Shown in pieces: positions 1 through 14,897 of a DNA stretch of 64,000 nt. A model generated the notes under the pieces. That model did not search any database. It saw only the letters and a program-made list of their open reading frames with translations, and was not told the origin of the DNA. A program made the translations under genes and the position numbers. Positions within the stretch are counted from its first letter, which is position 1, and each line of letters begins with the position of its first letter. The stretch is from the human T2T-CHM13v2.0 reference genome, Homo sapiens. The stretch is taken from NCBI RefSeq assembly GCF_009914755.1, contig NC_060926.1; one strand, written 5' to 3'.

Positions 1-380
1 TAAAATATTTTTGTCTATTTTTGTATTAGTTCCACACTGATCTAATTATTATGACTTTGTAATATGTTTTTGAGATATACTTGAGCTAGTGCCTCCCTGG
101 ATTTTTTTTCAAAATATTATTTTCTCTTCTTGTACATTTTATCTTTTGCATGTGTTTTCCACAACACTTCTTTAATGTCGTGTTACATTCTGTTTGGGTT
201 TTTATTGTGATCACATTAATTTAGAGAGATTTGATTGTGATGTATTATTGTGTTGTCTCATCCAGAAATGTTATATTTCTGTATTTATTAATATTTTCTT
301 TTAGGACTTTTATTAAAATTAAATATTTTTCTTCAAATTAAAACAAAAGAATATTCAGGTTATCCCTAGGTGTAGGTAGG
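1..380 (-). mobile_element. Ancient L1M ORF2 remnant
   Basis: T-rich, highly diverged resemblance to antisense L1 ORF2 (…ctttgtaatatg…tagtgcctcc…). Boundaries approximate. Confidence 0.4.
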
Positions 381-3300
381 TTTGGGGCATTTTTTCTTAA
401 CCTATTCAATACATATGTCCTTCTTGTTTAACTAACTATGGCTAATCCTTTTCAACCTCATTGAATAAAGAGGAAATAAGTGACTGTGACATATATGACG
501 TTCTTTAGAGAAAAGAGGCTCAGCTCCTGATTTACTTACCTGTCATCTAGTGCAGGTGGGACAGGTTCGGGGGGTACACAGGCAAACAGCAAATAGCAGC
601 ACAACAATGTTATGTTGCCACAAGGGAGTAAACATACAGAAATCACCAAAGGTAGGTTAGCAGGTGACTGGAAAGATTTTCTGGGGAAGATAATGCCTGA
701 GTGTTGAGGCACATAAGAATGAGGATTTTAAAGGTAATTTAAGTAAGATTAAGAGATCTTGGATCTAGTTCCAAATTACATATCTTGTAAGATCCATAAA
801 TATGTGGCTTAAAAACCTGTGTCACTATAGAAGTGACTCTCATATTTTTTATTGTATATATAATCATTTGTGATTTAAGTGACTTAAATAGCCAATGAAA
901 GTATCTGTAGTTTTATTTCTATTCTAATGTCTCTCCTTGTGAGGTTAGTAAAAGTAAAATTGTATGTCCTTAAATATTCAGAACACTTAAGAATGTTACT
1001 CACCTTTAAATATTTTTAAACCCTGTAAAGAATAAGACATTGCTTCCTCCTGAGCTTAGTAGTAAAATTAATTTAATTGGTGAGGAAGACATTTACAGAA
1101 ACAGGCTGAAAATTCTACTTGCCACAAGGCACAACATGTACTTAATTAAGGAAAAGTCAGGAAACAGAATCAGACATTATAACAATACTGACAATTAGGA
1201 TTTTAAGGGGAAAAAAATTGGAATTCCCAACACTGGCCTGTGATAAGACACGGTCAGAGAGCACTAATTAGCAATACTTAGAAAAGGTCTATTTCTTTTT
1301 CATGTTTAACACCAAAATGGTTGATGAAAACTGCAAATGTCAGCCACGTGATTCCACATCCAAATAGGAATAGCTGAGGCTGTCCTGGGGCTTAGTTCAG
1401 AGCTTAATCAAAGAAGACTGCTCCATTCAGATGTGAGTACTGTTACTTGGTGAGAATATTGATTATAGCACATAGAGGAAAACCGAGGAATCCTGTCTGT
1501 ATTTCTTTTTACCGACTCCTCCCAGTGCAAGTGTCTGGAGGCACTTAAAGCAGACACATCTTTATTCGTCTTGCTTCTGTCAAGGCCAAATGAATTCTTT
1601 TGCGATATGGAAGAAAATAAGTATCCATTTAAACAGAAATTGGCTCATTCACAGCAGAACATTTGGAAAACTACCTATAGTCAATAAACCTGGAATTATT
1701 TTTACCAAAAGTATGTTCCTCTGTGTTAATCAAACTCTTTCAATTGGTTCAGCTTGTGCAACTAATCCTGGCTAAATATTTAATGACTTGTTTTATACGA
1801 AATATTAAAAACACACAGGAGAAGATGGGAAAATTAAATAATAGGTTATTTCCCCTTGGGTATTTTATGAATAATTGTAATAACTGATTATTAAGAATGT
1901 ATTTTTTCTTTGATTTCTATAGGTGTAGTGAAATTATTAATATGTGGTCAATCAAAGCAACTGCTGAGAGCCAAGATTCTAACTCTCAACTATATGAAAG
2001 ACGCCAGTCCAGTCTAGATCCACAAGTGTGAGTAGAAAACCATAAAATTCACAGCTGTTTGAGAGTAGAGGTATTTAATAATGTTACACAGTAGTATTAA
2101 GACATGAAAACTTTTGAGATAGAAGTAGCATTTTTTATTCAGGATATAGCCTTGAAGGGAATCCTCCTGACAAAAAGTCCAACGACTTTGAAATTCAATA
2201 TCACATCTCAATTCCATAGAGTTGTGAAAGACAGAAAAACTGATTTGAGACCAATGGCAAATGAAAATAATTCCTGGGCTTAAATAGACAATCAGTATTT
2301 CCAAAATTTCGCTGTGGAAAATATTACTTCTCCTTTGCTGTGTTTACTGATTTCAAGATGTGATCCACCATAGATAAAAAATTATATCAATTTTATCTAT
2401 TTTTTTATTCCAGGGTAGCATAACCCAAATCTTTTTAGAAATAAACATACCAAAGAAATTATGCACCTCAGATTCACGGATGTAAAAATGCAAAATAATG
2501 GGACTAGGATCAAACAAGTATTCTAGAAAAAATTAGAGTCAAATGGATAACACAAATGATTGAAAACAGAAATAAAAAAATTGATAGAAGAAATTGATAT
2601 AAAATTTCTCATATAAAAAACAGCATTGTTATTAGAGATAAGCAGAGGAACTAAAAGAACATTGAGTTTCCTTGTATTACAAAGGACAGTGAAATGACAT
2701 GAGTAGGGACAGATTTTATAAGCATATAAGTTTCTTAACTAAGAAGGAACATAAATTAACATCAAATCATAGCTTTTTTATGTTGTTTCTTGTTTTAAAT
2801 ATAATAGCTGATTCTCAGTATTCCTCAGGCAACTCACAACTGTAACTGACACAAAATAGAATAGTTGCCAATTTAAGAAGTATATCAATTCCAAAACAAT
2901 GGCTGTCATCAATATCTCTTATTGTGGCTTCAAATTTGGGCCTCAGTGTAAAATCACCCTTTCTATTCTCTGTTCAACGTGTCCCTTGAACAGAGGGACA
3001 GAAATAATTTTCTGAACAGAAACAAATTTCTCAAAATAAATTTCACAAATTCCATATGGCCTAGACCTTAAGTTTTAGATCTATAAATGACTTCTAATGT
3101 ACAGAACTTCAAATCAATACTTTTAAAAGATGTAGTAATAGACAAAAATAAAATTTTATTTAAGTAAATTATACCATATTTATAATATACTGTATGTATA
3201 TTCTTATAACTCTATTCACACCTTTGTCAGGGGCCAGATTAGATAATTTATCCAGATTTAATACACAGAGATGACTTTAAATCAGTTGATTTGAACTAAC

Positions 3301-4527
3301 ATTTGCAGGCAAACTGTAGTCCCTTATGTGAGCAGAGCAGCTAAATAGGGGCACTTAGTTTTAATACTATCTGTGTCTGTATATACTAAATATAAATTGT
3401 TAATGGAAACATTAAAAATATTTGAAACATGTTTTTACAAAATCATGTTGACTCAACGAGATAGGCGATTTTAAAAAAGGACTTGATTAAGCTGTTTAAG
3501 CTAAAAGTATTAGATATTATGTACTTTCAGGTTATGTGCCCCCAGCCTATCAAATTCCAGTTGCACTCCTATTTACACAATTACAGTTATCAATATTTTT
3601 TAAAAAAAAGACTCATTCCACCTCCCATAGACATAAAATTAACATATTAAGAATATGAAAATAGAATCTGTGCCCCTCTCTTTTCAATCAGATTCACGGT
3701 AAAATACTTCCAAGGGGGTTTCTGACTTGAGAATATATTGTTCTTTTACCTGATACAAAATTTAAAGATTATATTTGTTTTCATATTATTATTTTGAATT
3801 CATGAAGTCACAACTTTTCAGACAAAAGAAAAGGTCCACCCATCTTTATTATCTACCACAGGAAATAATCTTGCCAGTAACCAGAATCATCTAAGAGCAA
3901 AACAGTAATTTGGTTAATGGAGGCCTTGGCAAGTACATGTTGTAGTCCAAAGGCAAAATTCTAAATAATAAGAGAGCTCTGAAAAACACCAGGGCAAAAT
4001 AGATTTATAATGTATCATATATACAATTAAAATATTATGGGACTACTAAGAAATTTTAGTCTAACAAGTCCAAAATGTTATCTAAAATTGGAAAATTAAT
4101 AAATATACCAACTGCTTTCTGTGATTTCTTAGGCAAATTTCTTTCTATTTGGGCTTCTTCTGAAAAATTCACAGAAATATGCTGAGAGGGAAAGAAACAA
4201 CCAACCTATGGACAAAGAAAATAGCATAAATATGTTTATGTCTATAGTGATTATAATTAAAAAGTTAGTATTACCCAAATTCTTAATGCAAAATTGGTGC
4301 ATAAATGCATTTTCTGAATGACAGTGAAATAAATAGACAAAGTCACCTATTCAAAGGATGGCTGCATTTGTTTGTGTTGCTAAATAAAAAATGTGTTACT
4401 ACTTAAATGGCCAAATAAGTAATATGTTTTCCATTGTTAAGTATTTATTTGAGTATTATGGAAGACAAAAGCATATGGCTTTTATTTAGAAGTTATTTTA
4501 TAATAATAATAATAATAAGTTATCATC

Positions 4528-5905
4528 AGTTCATTCAATCAACCAATATTTCTTGCATTTCTATTATGTGTTAAACTCTATACTGGGTATTGCGGCTGTA
4601 AAGACAGTAGACAAATCTCTGTCCTCATAGAGATTCAATTCTTTCTAGAGGATAAATCAGAAAATAACATTAATAGTAAACGTATCGGTGGCATGTGTAA
4701 AAGAGAAAAAGCAAGAAGAGAGATACAAGTCATAGGAGAAAGGTATATGGAATGTAGCTAGGATGGTCAGGGATAATCTTATTCTGAAGGTGACATTCTG
4801 GAAATGGTCTGAAGGAAGTGACGTCATGAGCTCTGATGCTCTGTGTGTTGATATCGGTGCATCCCAGGCAAAGAGAACAGCAAATTAAAAAATTGTGATG
4901 CAGGAATAAACCGGCCTCTATGAGGAACAGTGGAAGTCTAGTGAGCTAGTACGTGAGGAAAGAGAAGTGATTAACTCAGAGAGGTAATGAAAGGGAAGTG
5001 AGGGCTTTGCAAATGGAGCCTTGGTCCCAATCGGGATGTAAGCTTGGATTCCAAAAGGCAGAACTCGCTGAATATTTCAAGTAGAGAAGCAACGTGGCTG
5101 ATTTATGTTTTAACAAACTAGATCTGGGTATTGTGTTGAAAATAGATTAATGAGAGATATATATGGAAGGTAAAACACGAGCAAATAGGTGTTTTTAACC
5201 AACCAGGTATGGGTAATGGTGGTTTGAATCATAGAGATAGCTGTGGAAGAAATGAGAAGAGGAGTCAAGATTGAGTACAGAATTTTGTCTTGAGCATTAA
5301 GTTCCGTTGTCATTAATTGACCTGTGAAAGGATGTGGGAAGAGCAGGAGTGGGTACTAGCAGGACTTCAGTTGTAGACGTGCTAAGTGGATGCATTGAGT
5401 GAGCATTTGAATATAGGGTCTGGAGATCAGGGGACAAGTCTGATTGGAGATATAAACCTGGATATATAAGCATGTAGATTGCAATTACAGTCATAAGATC
5501 ACTGAGAGATGAGTAGATAGAAGAGGGCAAAGATGCAAAGACTGAGTTTTTAATTCCAGCATTTAATGGTCAGAGATGAGGATGAAACTGCAAAGGTGTG
5601 ACCATATACTGGGGGTAAGGGGACTAGCACATTATGGTATCCTGGAAAACAAGTGAAGACAGTCTTTCTGGGAGAAGAGAATGATGGATAATGTCAATTT
5701 CAGCTGATGGAAGAAGTAAGCACTAAATTTAATAATGTGGCAGTCATGAATGTGTTGATAGGAACAGTTTTTGTGGCATTCTGAGGACTACTGCCTCACT
5801 GGAGTGGGGTCAATACAGAATGAACAAGTACAACTGGAGGCAGCATATGTGGTCCTTGAGAAAACTTTTTTAAAAGGGAAGGAGAGAAATGGAGTGGTAG
5901 CTGCA
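4528..5905 (-). mobile_element. L2 LINE fragment (3' end at left)
   Basis: Begins ttcattcaatcaaccaatattt…ctattatgtg…tgtcctcatagag, the reverse complement of the L2 3' terminus, followed by purine-rich L2 antisense sequence. Confidence 0.75.
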
Positions 5906-5929
5906 ACAAGTAAGGTAAAGAGAGGGTTA

Positions 5930-6716
5930 CAGTAGCCCCCCGTTACCACTGGTTTTCTGAGGTTTCTGAGTTCTGAAAATATTAAGTGGAAAATTTTCCC
6001 AAATAAACCATTTATAAGTTTTAAATCGTGTGTTGTTCTGAGTATCATCGTGATAAAATCTCCCACTATCCGTCTCACCCAAGAGGTAAATCACAGCCTT
6101 GTCCAGCATAAACAGTGCTCTCAGCTCATGAGTCACTTAGCAGCCCTCTTGGTTATCGAGTTATGAGATCTGAGATTAACTGTTGTGATGTCTCAGTGCT
6201 TGTGTTCAAATCACCCTTATTTTACTTAATAATGGCCCCGAAGTGCAAGAGTAGTGATGCTGGCATGTTGTTATGATTGTTCGATTTTATTATTAGGTGT
6301 TGTTGTTAATCTCTTACTGTGCTTAATTTATAAAATAAACTTTGTCATGGGCATGTATGTATAGGAAAAAAACAGTATACAAAGAGTGTTATGGTTTGGC
6401 TGTGTCCCAAACCGTATACCTCAGTATATTGTTCCTGTGGTAGTGAGAGTTTCACGAGATCTGATGGTTTTATAAGAGGAAACCCCTTTCACTTGGTTCT
6501 CATTGTCTCTTGCCAGCCACCATGTAAGATGCGCCACATGGAACCATGCGTCCATTAAACCTCTGTTTTCCTTATAAATTACCTAGTCTCAAGTATGTCT
6601 TTATAAACAGCATGAAAACGTACTAATACATAGAGTTTGGTGCTATTTGTGTTTTCAGGCATCCACTGTGCTGTGAATGTTGGAATGTATCCTCTCTGTA
6701 CAAGGAGGGACTATTG
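5930..6716 (+). mobile_element. MER44B-like (Tigger7 family) DNA transposon, interrupted by a THE1 LTR
   Basis: TIR-like ends cagtagcccccc… and …ggagggactattg with a preceding TA. Internal aataatggccccgaagtgcaagagtagtgatgctggc matches the MER44 consensus. Confidence 0.85.
6387..6630 (+). mobile_element. THE1-family (MaLR) solo LTR, internally deleted
   Basis: TG…CA ends (tgttatggtttggctgtgtccc … gtactaataca), gagatctgatggttttataa motif, and 5-bp TSD aagag/tagag. Confidence 0.88.
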
Positions 6717-9330
6717 CATTTGTAAAGATGGGAACAATAAAAACATGTTTCTATGCTTATCAACATCACTATTATTTTGATATATGTAAATAAAATGACC
6801 TTGATTTTACTGTTGCACATTAACAATCCCCATGATTAGTTGTGACAGTGATAAATTATGCCTGACCCATGATTCCATTTTAGCATTTACATAAAATCAT
6901 TTACATTTTATCAGACCTTTTGAATTTCAGGTTCCCAAGATATATGCTACTGAAATTTTAATTAACAATTAAAAAGTTTCATATTAAAAATAAAAAGGTT
7001 TTTTATGATGAATAAGCATTAAACATTAATATGAATCTGCCACTTGGATATGAGTACAAAGCTTGTGCTTCTTCAAGTGTTATAATCAAATACTGTTCTC
7101 TAAAATAATCTGGTGAGGTTATTTTTAAAGAGCAATGCACATATATTCACATAAAATTGAGCATGACTGGGCGTAATAGAATAAATTAATGAAAGGACAA
7201 TTTAAGATGGGAATCAGGAGGAAAAATATTTTAATGAGAACTAGTGAATGGTGCAATAATCTCCCCCCCAAAAAAGTTAAATAATTCTCTGTTTCATGAA
7301 CATTGTGCAGAGTAGGAATGAGGAAGTTAGTTTTGGAGGGACAAATCTTGTTGCTGGCTCTGGGAAGAAAGCATCTTGATTTAATATGTGAATTTACGTA
7401 GGTTTCCTTTCAAAATGTCCATGTTTTGCAATATATAACATGGTGATAAAAGTATTGTCTGTGTCCTTGCTACTTGCAAAGTAAAAGAATCATATTTTCC
7501 TGAATGTGTTTCATTGTCTATCGTATACTATCAGTTGAGCAATACGAAATCCCCAATGTTGAAAATTGAAAATGGGTGTCTATTCACAGTTTTATTCACC
7601 TTCACATCCATCCCTTTCTCTAGGAAGTCTGCTAAGTGGCATAGAGGAGCAATGCCCATATATGTGAACTCTGCAGGTGGATATATGCAACCCATTTTAT
7701 CTTGTAGGTGTTCTTATTTGGGTCTCCAGTTTCTCTCTTGCCCATTCATGTTAACAAATGCGTTGATCCATTCTTTTGCTGTCTGAACTGACTTTATCTC
7801 TTTAAAATCTTTTTCTTTGTTATAAGGGAGGTTGCAGAGGTTGAAAACTCTCTCTCAGCAAAAAATAAAACCAAGAAAATACAAAGGCAGTTTATGGAAA
7901 GTTATATTAAATTTCACGATGTCAAATTCAAAAACTGATAGATTTAACTCCAGAAAAACTTTACCCGTGTTCTCAAAAATACTTTACGTAGCTATCATCT
8001 ATTATTTCATATTATACTTCTTAAACATACACATGCATCTACATATATTCAGCCTGTTTTAGGAGTAACAAGCTCCATATATAAATTTTTGTTTAAATGG
8101 CCTCTTTTGTTCTTCATTGTGGGTTAACTCATTCTACAAAATCCAAATATGTAAAATGAACTTGGGTAACAGGACATGTCTCTTTCACACCTTTGCAAAA
8201 TTAACTTTTGCAGCTGATTCTTTTCTTCTTTCTTTTTTCCTCTCTTTTTAAAGCAATTCTGAATTTTTGTGGAAGTAAATATGCAATTCCTTTTTGCTTC
8301 CTTTAGACCTGCATTTTTTGTATATTTGAGTATATTGTCTTCAAAATTATTTCAGTAGATTGCAACCATATTTCTCTGTCCGATTTTTACTAAGCACAAT
8401 ACTAAGATTAATTTTTATGAAAGTGGGGGGATTCCATCCTGATTTATTTATTTCAAATCATTGATTAAACGCCTGCCGAACACTAGGCTGTCCTCTGCCA
8501 CTTGTTGAGACCGTAAAGGAGGAGCGCACCAAATCTGTAGGCTGCAGAAACTTGTCTTCACTGGGAAAAATAGGAGACGAGCTTATTGAAGGTCACGGAA
8601 AAAGACTCTTGAAGATTCTTTCTATCAATGAATCAGAATAATGTAGAATTCCCAATTACAATTCTAGTTAGAGCTGGTTAGATTTTAGGAACCCTGTGAA
8701 GCCCTTTTAAAAAAAAATCAACAGGCAATAAATACAAAGGTTATCTCTAACTATTTGATCATTTTTATGAATAAATGTAATCTGGTTATCATCCAAACTA
8801 TTTTTCACCTAAGTCCAACTCCATAAGGAGTTTATGGGAGACCAATGACCTTCAATAAATATATTGATTTTTCTTGTGCCTACTGTGGGGTGAGGAGTAG
8901 AGACAAAATGATCTGTGTAGTTACCAAAGCCCTAGAATTCTGGGCCTCTAGTATGTCCCAGTTCTTCTACATCATCCTTAATTTTTCTCTACTGCCCACC
9001 AAAGTAGCAACGATGTGTCAGAAGAAGGTCCTCTGTTCATTACCTTTAGTTAAAGGTGAACCTGTGATTCTGGATAAGCCATTTCACTTCTGTAAGGTTC
9101 ATACATCTTGTCTATAATCAGAACATATTGATAACCATCTCTGATCATTGGTAGGGAGATTAAATTAGTGCCTTAGTTCAGGAACTTCATATTTAGCCAA
9201 GTTACAGGGTCCCACTGGGAGTTCAATCAACTGCTGTATTGCACATCTGTGAGATGGGTCAGCTTTGGGGTTCACCTTACTCAAAAGATTTACCAGAAAA
9301 TGAATACATCTACATTGTTGTTGACAGTTC

Positions 9331-9796
9331 ATTTATTTATTTATTCGCTTTTGAAATAATTACAGACTCACAAGGTCATATATAAAGTCCAGGGATCCTT
9401 CACTCAGCATCCTCCAATGGTGCCATCTGTATGAGCACAGTTCAATATAAAAATCAGAGAATTGACGCTTGTGTAATACAAGTAACTGAACTACAAACTT
9501 TATTCAGTTTTTATCATTTTTGACGTTAACTTATTTGAGCATGTGTGTGTGTGTGTGCGCATGCATACAAATGATTTCATAATTCTATGCAATTTTTTCC
9601 AAGGTATAGATTTTTGTAACTACCACTAAAATAAAGATACAGAAGTGTTCCATCACCATAAAGAAGCCCCTTCGTGCTCCTCCTTCATATCTACATCACC
9701 CCTCTTCCCCACTGCACCCACCTCCCCTGTCCACTGGCAACCACTAATATAGTCTTCATTTTGATAGTTTTGTCATTTTGAAAGTGTTATACAAAT
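9331..9796 (-). mobile_element. Old L1 (L1MB/MC-type) 3' UTR fragment
   Basis: T-rich tail, then ttttgaaataattacagactcacaag…ctggcaaccactaat…, typical of old L1 3' ends. Confidence 0.65.
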
Positions 9797-10089
9797 GGGC
9801 TCTTTATATATCCCACATTTATCTCTTTTCTTTTTATTTTCCTTTATTTTTTACTCATTCTGTAATTCTCCATCTCCTTCATCACCAAAAGGCACCTTCT
9901 ACTACAGTTTAGTACATATAAATAAAGCGAATGTGTTTGTATTATTAAAAACAAAACTAAGAAAACTTCTAAATCATCTTTTGGGCAGTAGAAAGCTAAT
10001 GGTGATGTTAAAACCCTCATAGATGATATTACTTAGTTTCATTTTGAAAACAAGATGTCCTTGTATTTATTAGATAGTCACTTGTCTTC

Positions 10090-10612
10090 TGTATTCATTT
10101 TCTATTGTTCTGTAAAATGCACCACAACTTTGTGGGCCTAAAACACCAAACATTTATCTCAGTCTCTCATGAGAAGTCCAGGCATAGTATGGCTCATTTG
10201 GCTTCTCTGTTAGGATTTCACAAGGTGAGAATCTAGACTTAGACCATTTCAGGCTCTTACCTAGAGCCTTTGGGGTAAAATCTACTTTCAGGCAAATTCA
10301 AAATGAATTCACTTCCATGTAGTTGTGGAATGAAGTCCTACTCCCTTGTTGTCTATTCGCCAGTGTTGTTCTGAGTTTGTAAATGCTGTCCACAACCCTT
10401 AGCTCATGGCCCCACCATCTTCAAAGCCAGTAATGGTACATGGATTCCTTCTTTCTTTTTAGATATCTCTGATCTTTTGCCCCTACTTTAAAACGCTTAT
10501 GAGATTGGGCTCACCTAGATGATCTCTTCTTGGCACATGGCATTACATAGTCAGGGGAGTAACACAAGGGGAAGAGGAAGATGGGAGCCAATATTCTAAC
10601 TCTGGTACCTCA
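10090..10612 (-). mobile_element. MLT1 (MLT1D/E-like) MaLR LTR
   Basis: tgtattcattttctattg…caccacaactttgtgggcctaaaacacc… and catcttcaaagccag motifs. Confidence 0.7.
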
Positions 10613-10651
10613 ATTATTTGTTGTTTGTTGATGGCGTGTGTGGGTTTGTGT

Positions 10652-10656
<5 letters not shown>

Positions 10657-10710
<54 letters not shown>
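10657..10710. repeat. (TG)n microsatellite, ~27 pure units
   Basis: Directly visible. Confidence 0.98.
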
Positions 10711-10711
<1 letters not shown>

Positions 10712-13067
10712 TTAGACTGTGGGAAGACCATTTAGTTAAAAAAAAGTTTTACATTTTAAACCACACATCCTTAGCATTAACTTTCCAGCTCTGATTAAAC
10801 AAGCCTAACACAAGTTTGTTTTTTAATGGAATCATTTGTGTTCATTAGATATCATGCCAAGAGAGTTTTTATTTTTATGTTTCCTTAACACAGTGTGGCT
10901 TGTTGCTACTCTGTGTTTTTTAACACACTGAGATTTGTTGCTAGCCTGTGAGTTAGGGAGAAATACATAGTTTCACTCATAATGGTTCCTACAGAATTCT
11001 GTCCTGCTCTTTTAAGATATTATTATTCTTACTGCCCATGATGTTTTGTTGCTAGAAACAACATGCATGAAATTGAAATGGCATCCCTTTAAGATTTTTA
11101 AGAGAAAGTCTGCCTTTCAAAAACAAACAAACATTTTTGAGATTAGGTAAGTTAGACCATTCTTGTTGCAGTAGAACTAAATACTAAGCCATGGACAGAT
11201 CCTCTCTCTCAAACATGTAAATAAGGAAGTTGTGCATTTAGTGTGCCTCTAGCCTTATAGTAGGAAAGCCTCAATATTTAATGGACAAGAAAGATTTGTT
11301 TGAAAATGACATTTCTTACCCAGTGAAGGGTCCAAAGCTAAGCACAGCTGCTTAGTGTAACCAAATACTTGAGGACATCTCAAGTGGCATGCAAGCACAT
11401 ATTAAAAATGGAGTATAATTTACCACAAGAAGGTAGTTTTTTTCTAAGGCAAATACTTTTGAGGGATACATTGTATTGTTCCTGATGGCTATATTTTTGG
11501 AATAGCACTTCACAAGGAAATATAATTTATACAGGCTCTCTCCACAACCAAGAACAACCCTGTAGAAAACTTCTCTCTGTGGGTGGAAGCCAAAATTACA
11601 TTTTCTGGAGTTAAATAGAAACATTCTTCTCTCTGATCAAATTTTAATGAAACAATTCAGAGGAAAACCATCATCTTCCTTCAAAATTGTTTTTACTGAA
11701 AATATAATAAATTCCAGCCTTCAGGCACAATCATAGCTTCTCCGTTTGGCTCTTCTGTGCCTGCTGAATCAAATTGATGAAGACCTGCACTCCGATATTG
11801 GCCATGATTCCAAGGTCAATTTAATGTTCACTGGGCACTGATTAAAGTACAATTCATATGTTCTCTTTTAATCAATATAATAATATAAATTTTGAAAGGC
11901 GGCCAAAATATATTTTTTAATCTTGATTATTTGTCTTCCACAATTTCCAGAGTGCATTTTCTCTTTATTATTTCAACCACGATTTAATTCTCCAAGTCAC
12001 TGGATATCTAGTTAGAACCACAGAGCACAGAGCCTTAAGGTAGTTAAGAAATCAACTAGGCAAAGCCATTTGTTGCACAGTTGAATGTGAGGTCCAGAGA
12101 GAGCCTCTAGTGAGCCCCTGCTGACTGGAAGAGCACCCAGACATGAAGAGAGGACCAGCATGCAGCTCCTAGGCTTTCCTGATAATCTTGGCTGTTTCAC
12201 TCCTTTCCAAAGCAGTCAATTCATTTTAGAAGGGTGATTTAATTTTTAAATGATTCATATTCATTATAAAAGAGAATAGCAAAAGCAGAAATAATGAAAC
12301 ACAGGAAAGTAAAAGAAAGAAAATAAAAATCACCAAAATTACTACTTCAGAAATACCTATATCTTACATTCGATGGACATGATTACAGATATGTCTCTTT
12401 ATGTATCAATTATCTTTGTTCTCTTCATCAAAAGTACTAACTGCATTTTGAATCTCCTTTGTCTTTTGTATCTTTAATTTCTCTGAATGTTAATTTTACA
12501 TCTGTCATTTTTAGTATGTCCCTCCATATACTGCCGACTGTATTTCTTTGGTTGTTACTTTGTTCCCGGTGACAGTAAATCTCAGACTCTGTTCTGCACT
12601 CTCACCATCAGAACCCCCTTATCCCAACCTGTCTCTACCATGTCATGCTCCCTCAGTGAGAAGCTAGGTCAGTGACAAAAGCCAGGCTGAGTGTGCTCTC
12701 ACTGCATAACTTCTCCAAGTCCGTGTGCCCTGAGGAATTCCAGCAAGGCTGACCCTGTCTCTCCTGGCCTATGAGTCTATTCAGATCAATTCTATCAGTT
12801 AGTCAGTGAGCTGACTTTGGAACATTAATACTTTTAAGGTTATCTGTAGTATGGGGTTCTAGCATTCTAGCCATATAATTATTAGGTTTAGTGTCTTTTT
12901 ATTTATTTAATTAGTTTCCCTGTTTTTTTTCAGAATATGTTGAGAGAGAAGGGAAATTAAGATGCTTCCAATCAAACATCTTTGGGAAGAAATCAAAAAG
13001 ACATTTTCTTAAGGTTTATTATTTTTCCCTGGGATGAATCGAATGAATTGGAGTCTGTGGTGGGCTC

Positions 13068-13410
13068 GTATACTGGTTAGCTTTTACTTGACTATGCTTT
13101 GGTTATCAAGAATCCCTACATTTAATTGGATTGTAAAAACAAAAGTTTATTTTTCATGTCACATTTTCATTATAATTGGTCTTCATTTTGAAATCCAGGT
13201 TAATAGAACAGCCTCTGTCTGGAGCTTACAATTAAAACGACATGAGATAGCATGGACTTGTCCTTAAAACTTCTGCTTGCAGGTAGAATGTGATTTTTTT
13301 GTAATAATTTATGTATCCAAAGAAAGTCACATGAAAATACTGATAATAACAGTCTAGAAAGTTAAAATCCACCTTTAGAGAGGATCAAAGAATACCTGGA
13401 ATTTGCAATA
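13068..13410 (-). mobile_element. Diverged MLT1K/L-like LTR
   Basis: aaaacaaaagtttattttt…cttaaaacttctgct…ccaaagaaagtcacatg motifs. Confidence 0.5.
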
Positions 13411-14613
13411 CAATCTAAAATTGTCCATCTTGTTCATCACAAGTACATGCAGATTGTACTCACCCCTTCTACCTAAGAGAAAAAATAAATTCAGCAATGT
13501 CATCCAATCACGGGGTCAGGCTCAAAGTCAAATGGTCTTATCATCTTGCTCAGATGTGGTTCCTAGCTATGTGTCCCTACTCTTCCAGCAACAAATAGTA
13601 GACTAGGGACAGTCTAGTTGTACTTATCACACCCACTATAAAAATAAGGCAAACCACATGGAAATCCCTGTTCCATAGTATTTACGAAATTCTGATAAGC
13701 AGATTTTGAGTGGTTACAGAGATGGGTCATGTTTTTTGATTAAGCATCTTCTCTGCACTGTATCTCCCCTGCCATTGTACTTCATGGACCAAGTCTCTGC
13801 TCTCTGTGAGGACCTTCACTTCCTGTTATTCTTGTTCACATATGAAGAGGGCATTGAAGCACGGGTGGTTAAGAAGCTTTCTCAGACTGATGCTTTTCAG
13901 CAAGAAAATTAGTGTCCTACCAGGGAATTTATGTCTTGAATTGTTACTATATCTTTCAATTCAGATTTGTGGTTCATTGGACGGTAGAAGCCTCTCAAAA
14001 CACAGTTGGTCTTTTATCTACTTGATTCCTTCCAATCCATTCTGTATGACTGTTTAACTGACAATCCTTTTCCATACGTGCCTCTCACTCCAAGTTTATT
14101 TACAGGAACACTGGACTTACCAGGATTTTGTGGGAGAGCCAAACTTTAGTTTTTGTTTTTGCTTTTTTTTTTTGTTCTGAGTGATATTTTTTCACAGTTA
14201 AATCAATTCAGACGTTTTAACAAAGGCTGTGATTGCAACACACTATTTTTGATCCTATACAATAATCTGGGTTTTAATAATACTTTGTTGCTTAAAGACC
14301 TTTATGGTTTTATCTTTCCCCAACTGTAAATGAAAATCAGCCATATCTTTCAACTCTTCAAGTCCAGAGTGTGTGTTCCCTTTAATCCCTGCTTAGTATG
14401 TATCAGTTCCTCTTGTGAGTTCCATTTCTTGATTAATCATATTAAATGCAATCAGAAGCATTCAATTCACATCAGTAATTTCTCCAACTCTTCACCAAAA
14501 GCCACAAACTTATTTAGCACATTAAATAGTTTGGTTTCCACAAGATTGTTAGTGATTTCCAAACATTTTGTCACTGTGTAATATGAATTACTTCTTTCTA
14601 GTCTACAATAATA

Positions 14614-14897
14614 TTTTTTTAATTTTTTATTTATTTATTTATTTTTAATTATACTTTAAGTTCTAGGGTACATGTGCACAACATGCAGGTTTGTTACATA
14701 TGTATACATGTGCTATGTTGGTGTGCTGCACCCATTAACTCCTCATTTACATTAGGTATATCTCCAAATGCTATCCCTCCCCCCTCCCCCCATCCCACAA
14801 CAGGCCCCAGTGTGTGATGGTCACCTTCCTGTGTCCAAGTGTTCTCATTGTTCAATTCCCACCTATGAGTGAGAGCATATGGTGTTTGGTTTTTTGT
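14614..14897 (-). mobile_element. L1PA (PA4/5-like) 3' end, 5'-truncated
   Basis: poly-T, then ttatactttaagttctagggtacatgtgcacaac…cccacctatgagtgag. No TSD seen. Confidence 0.95.
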
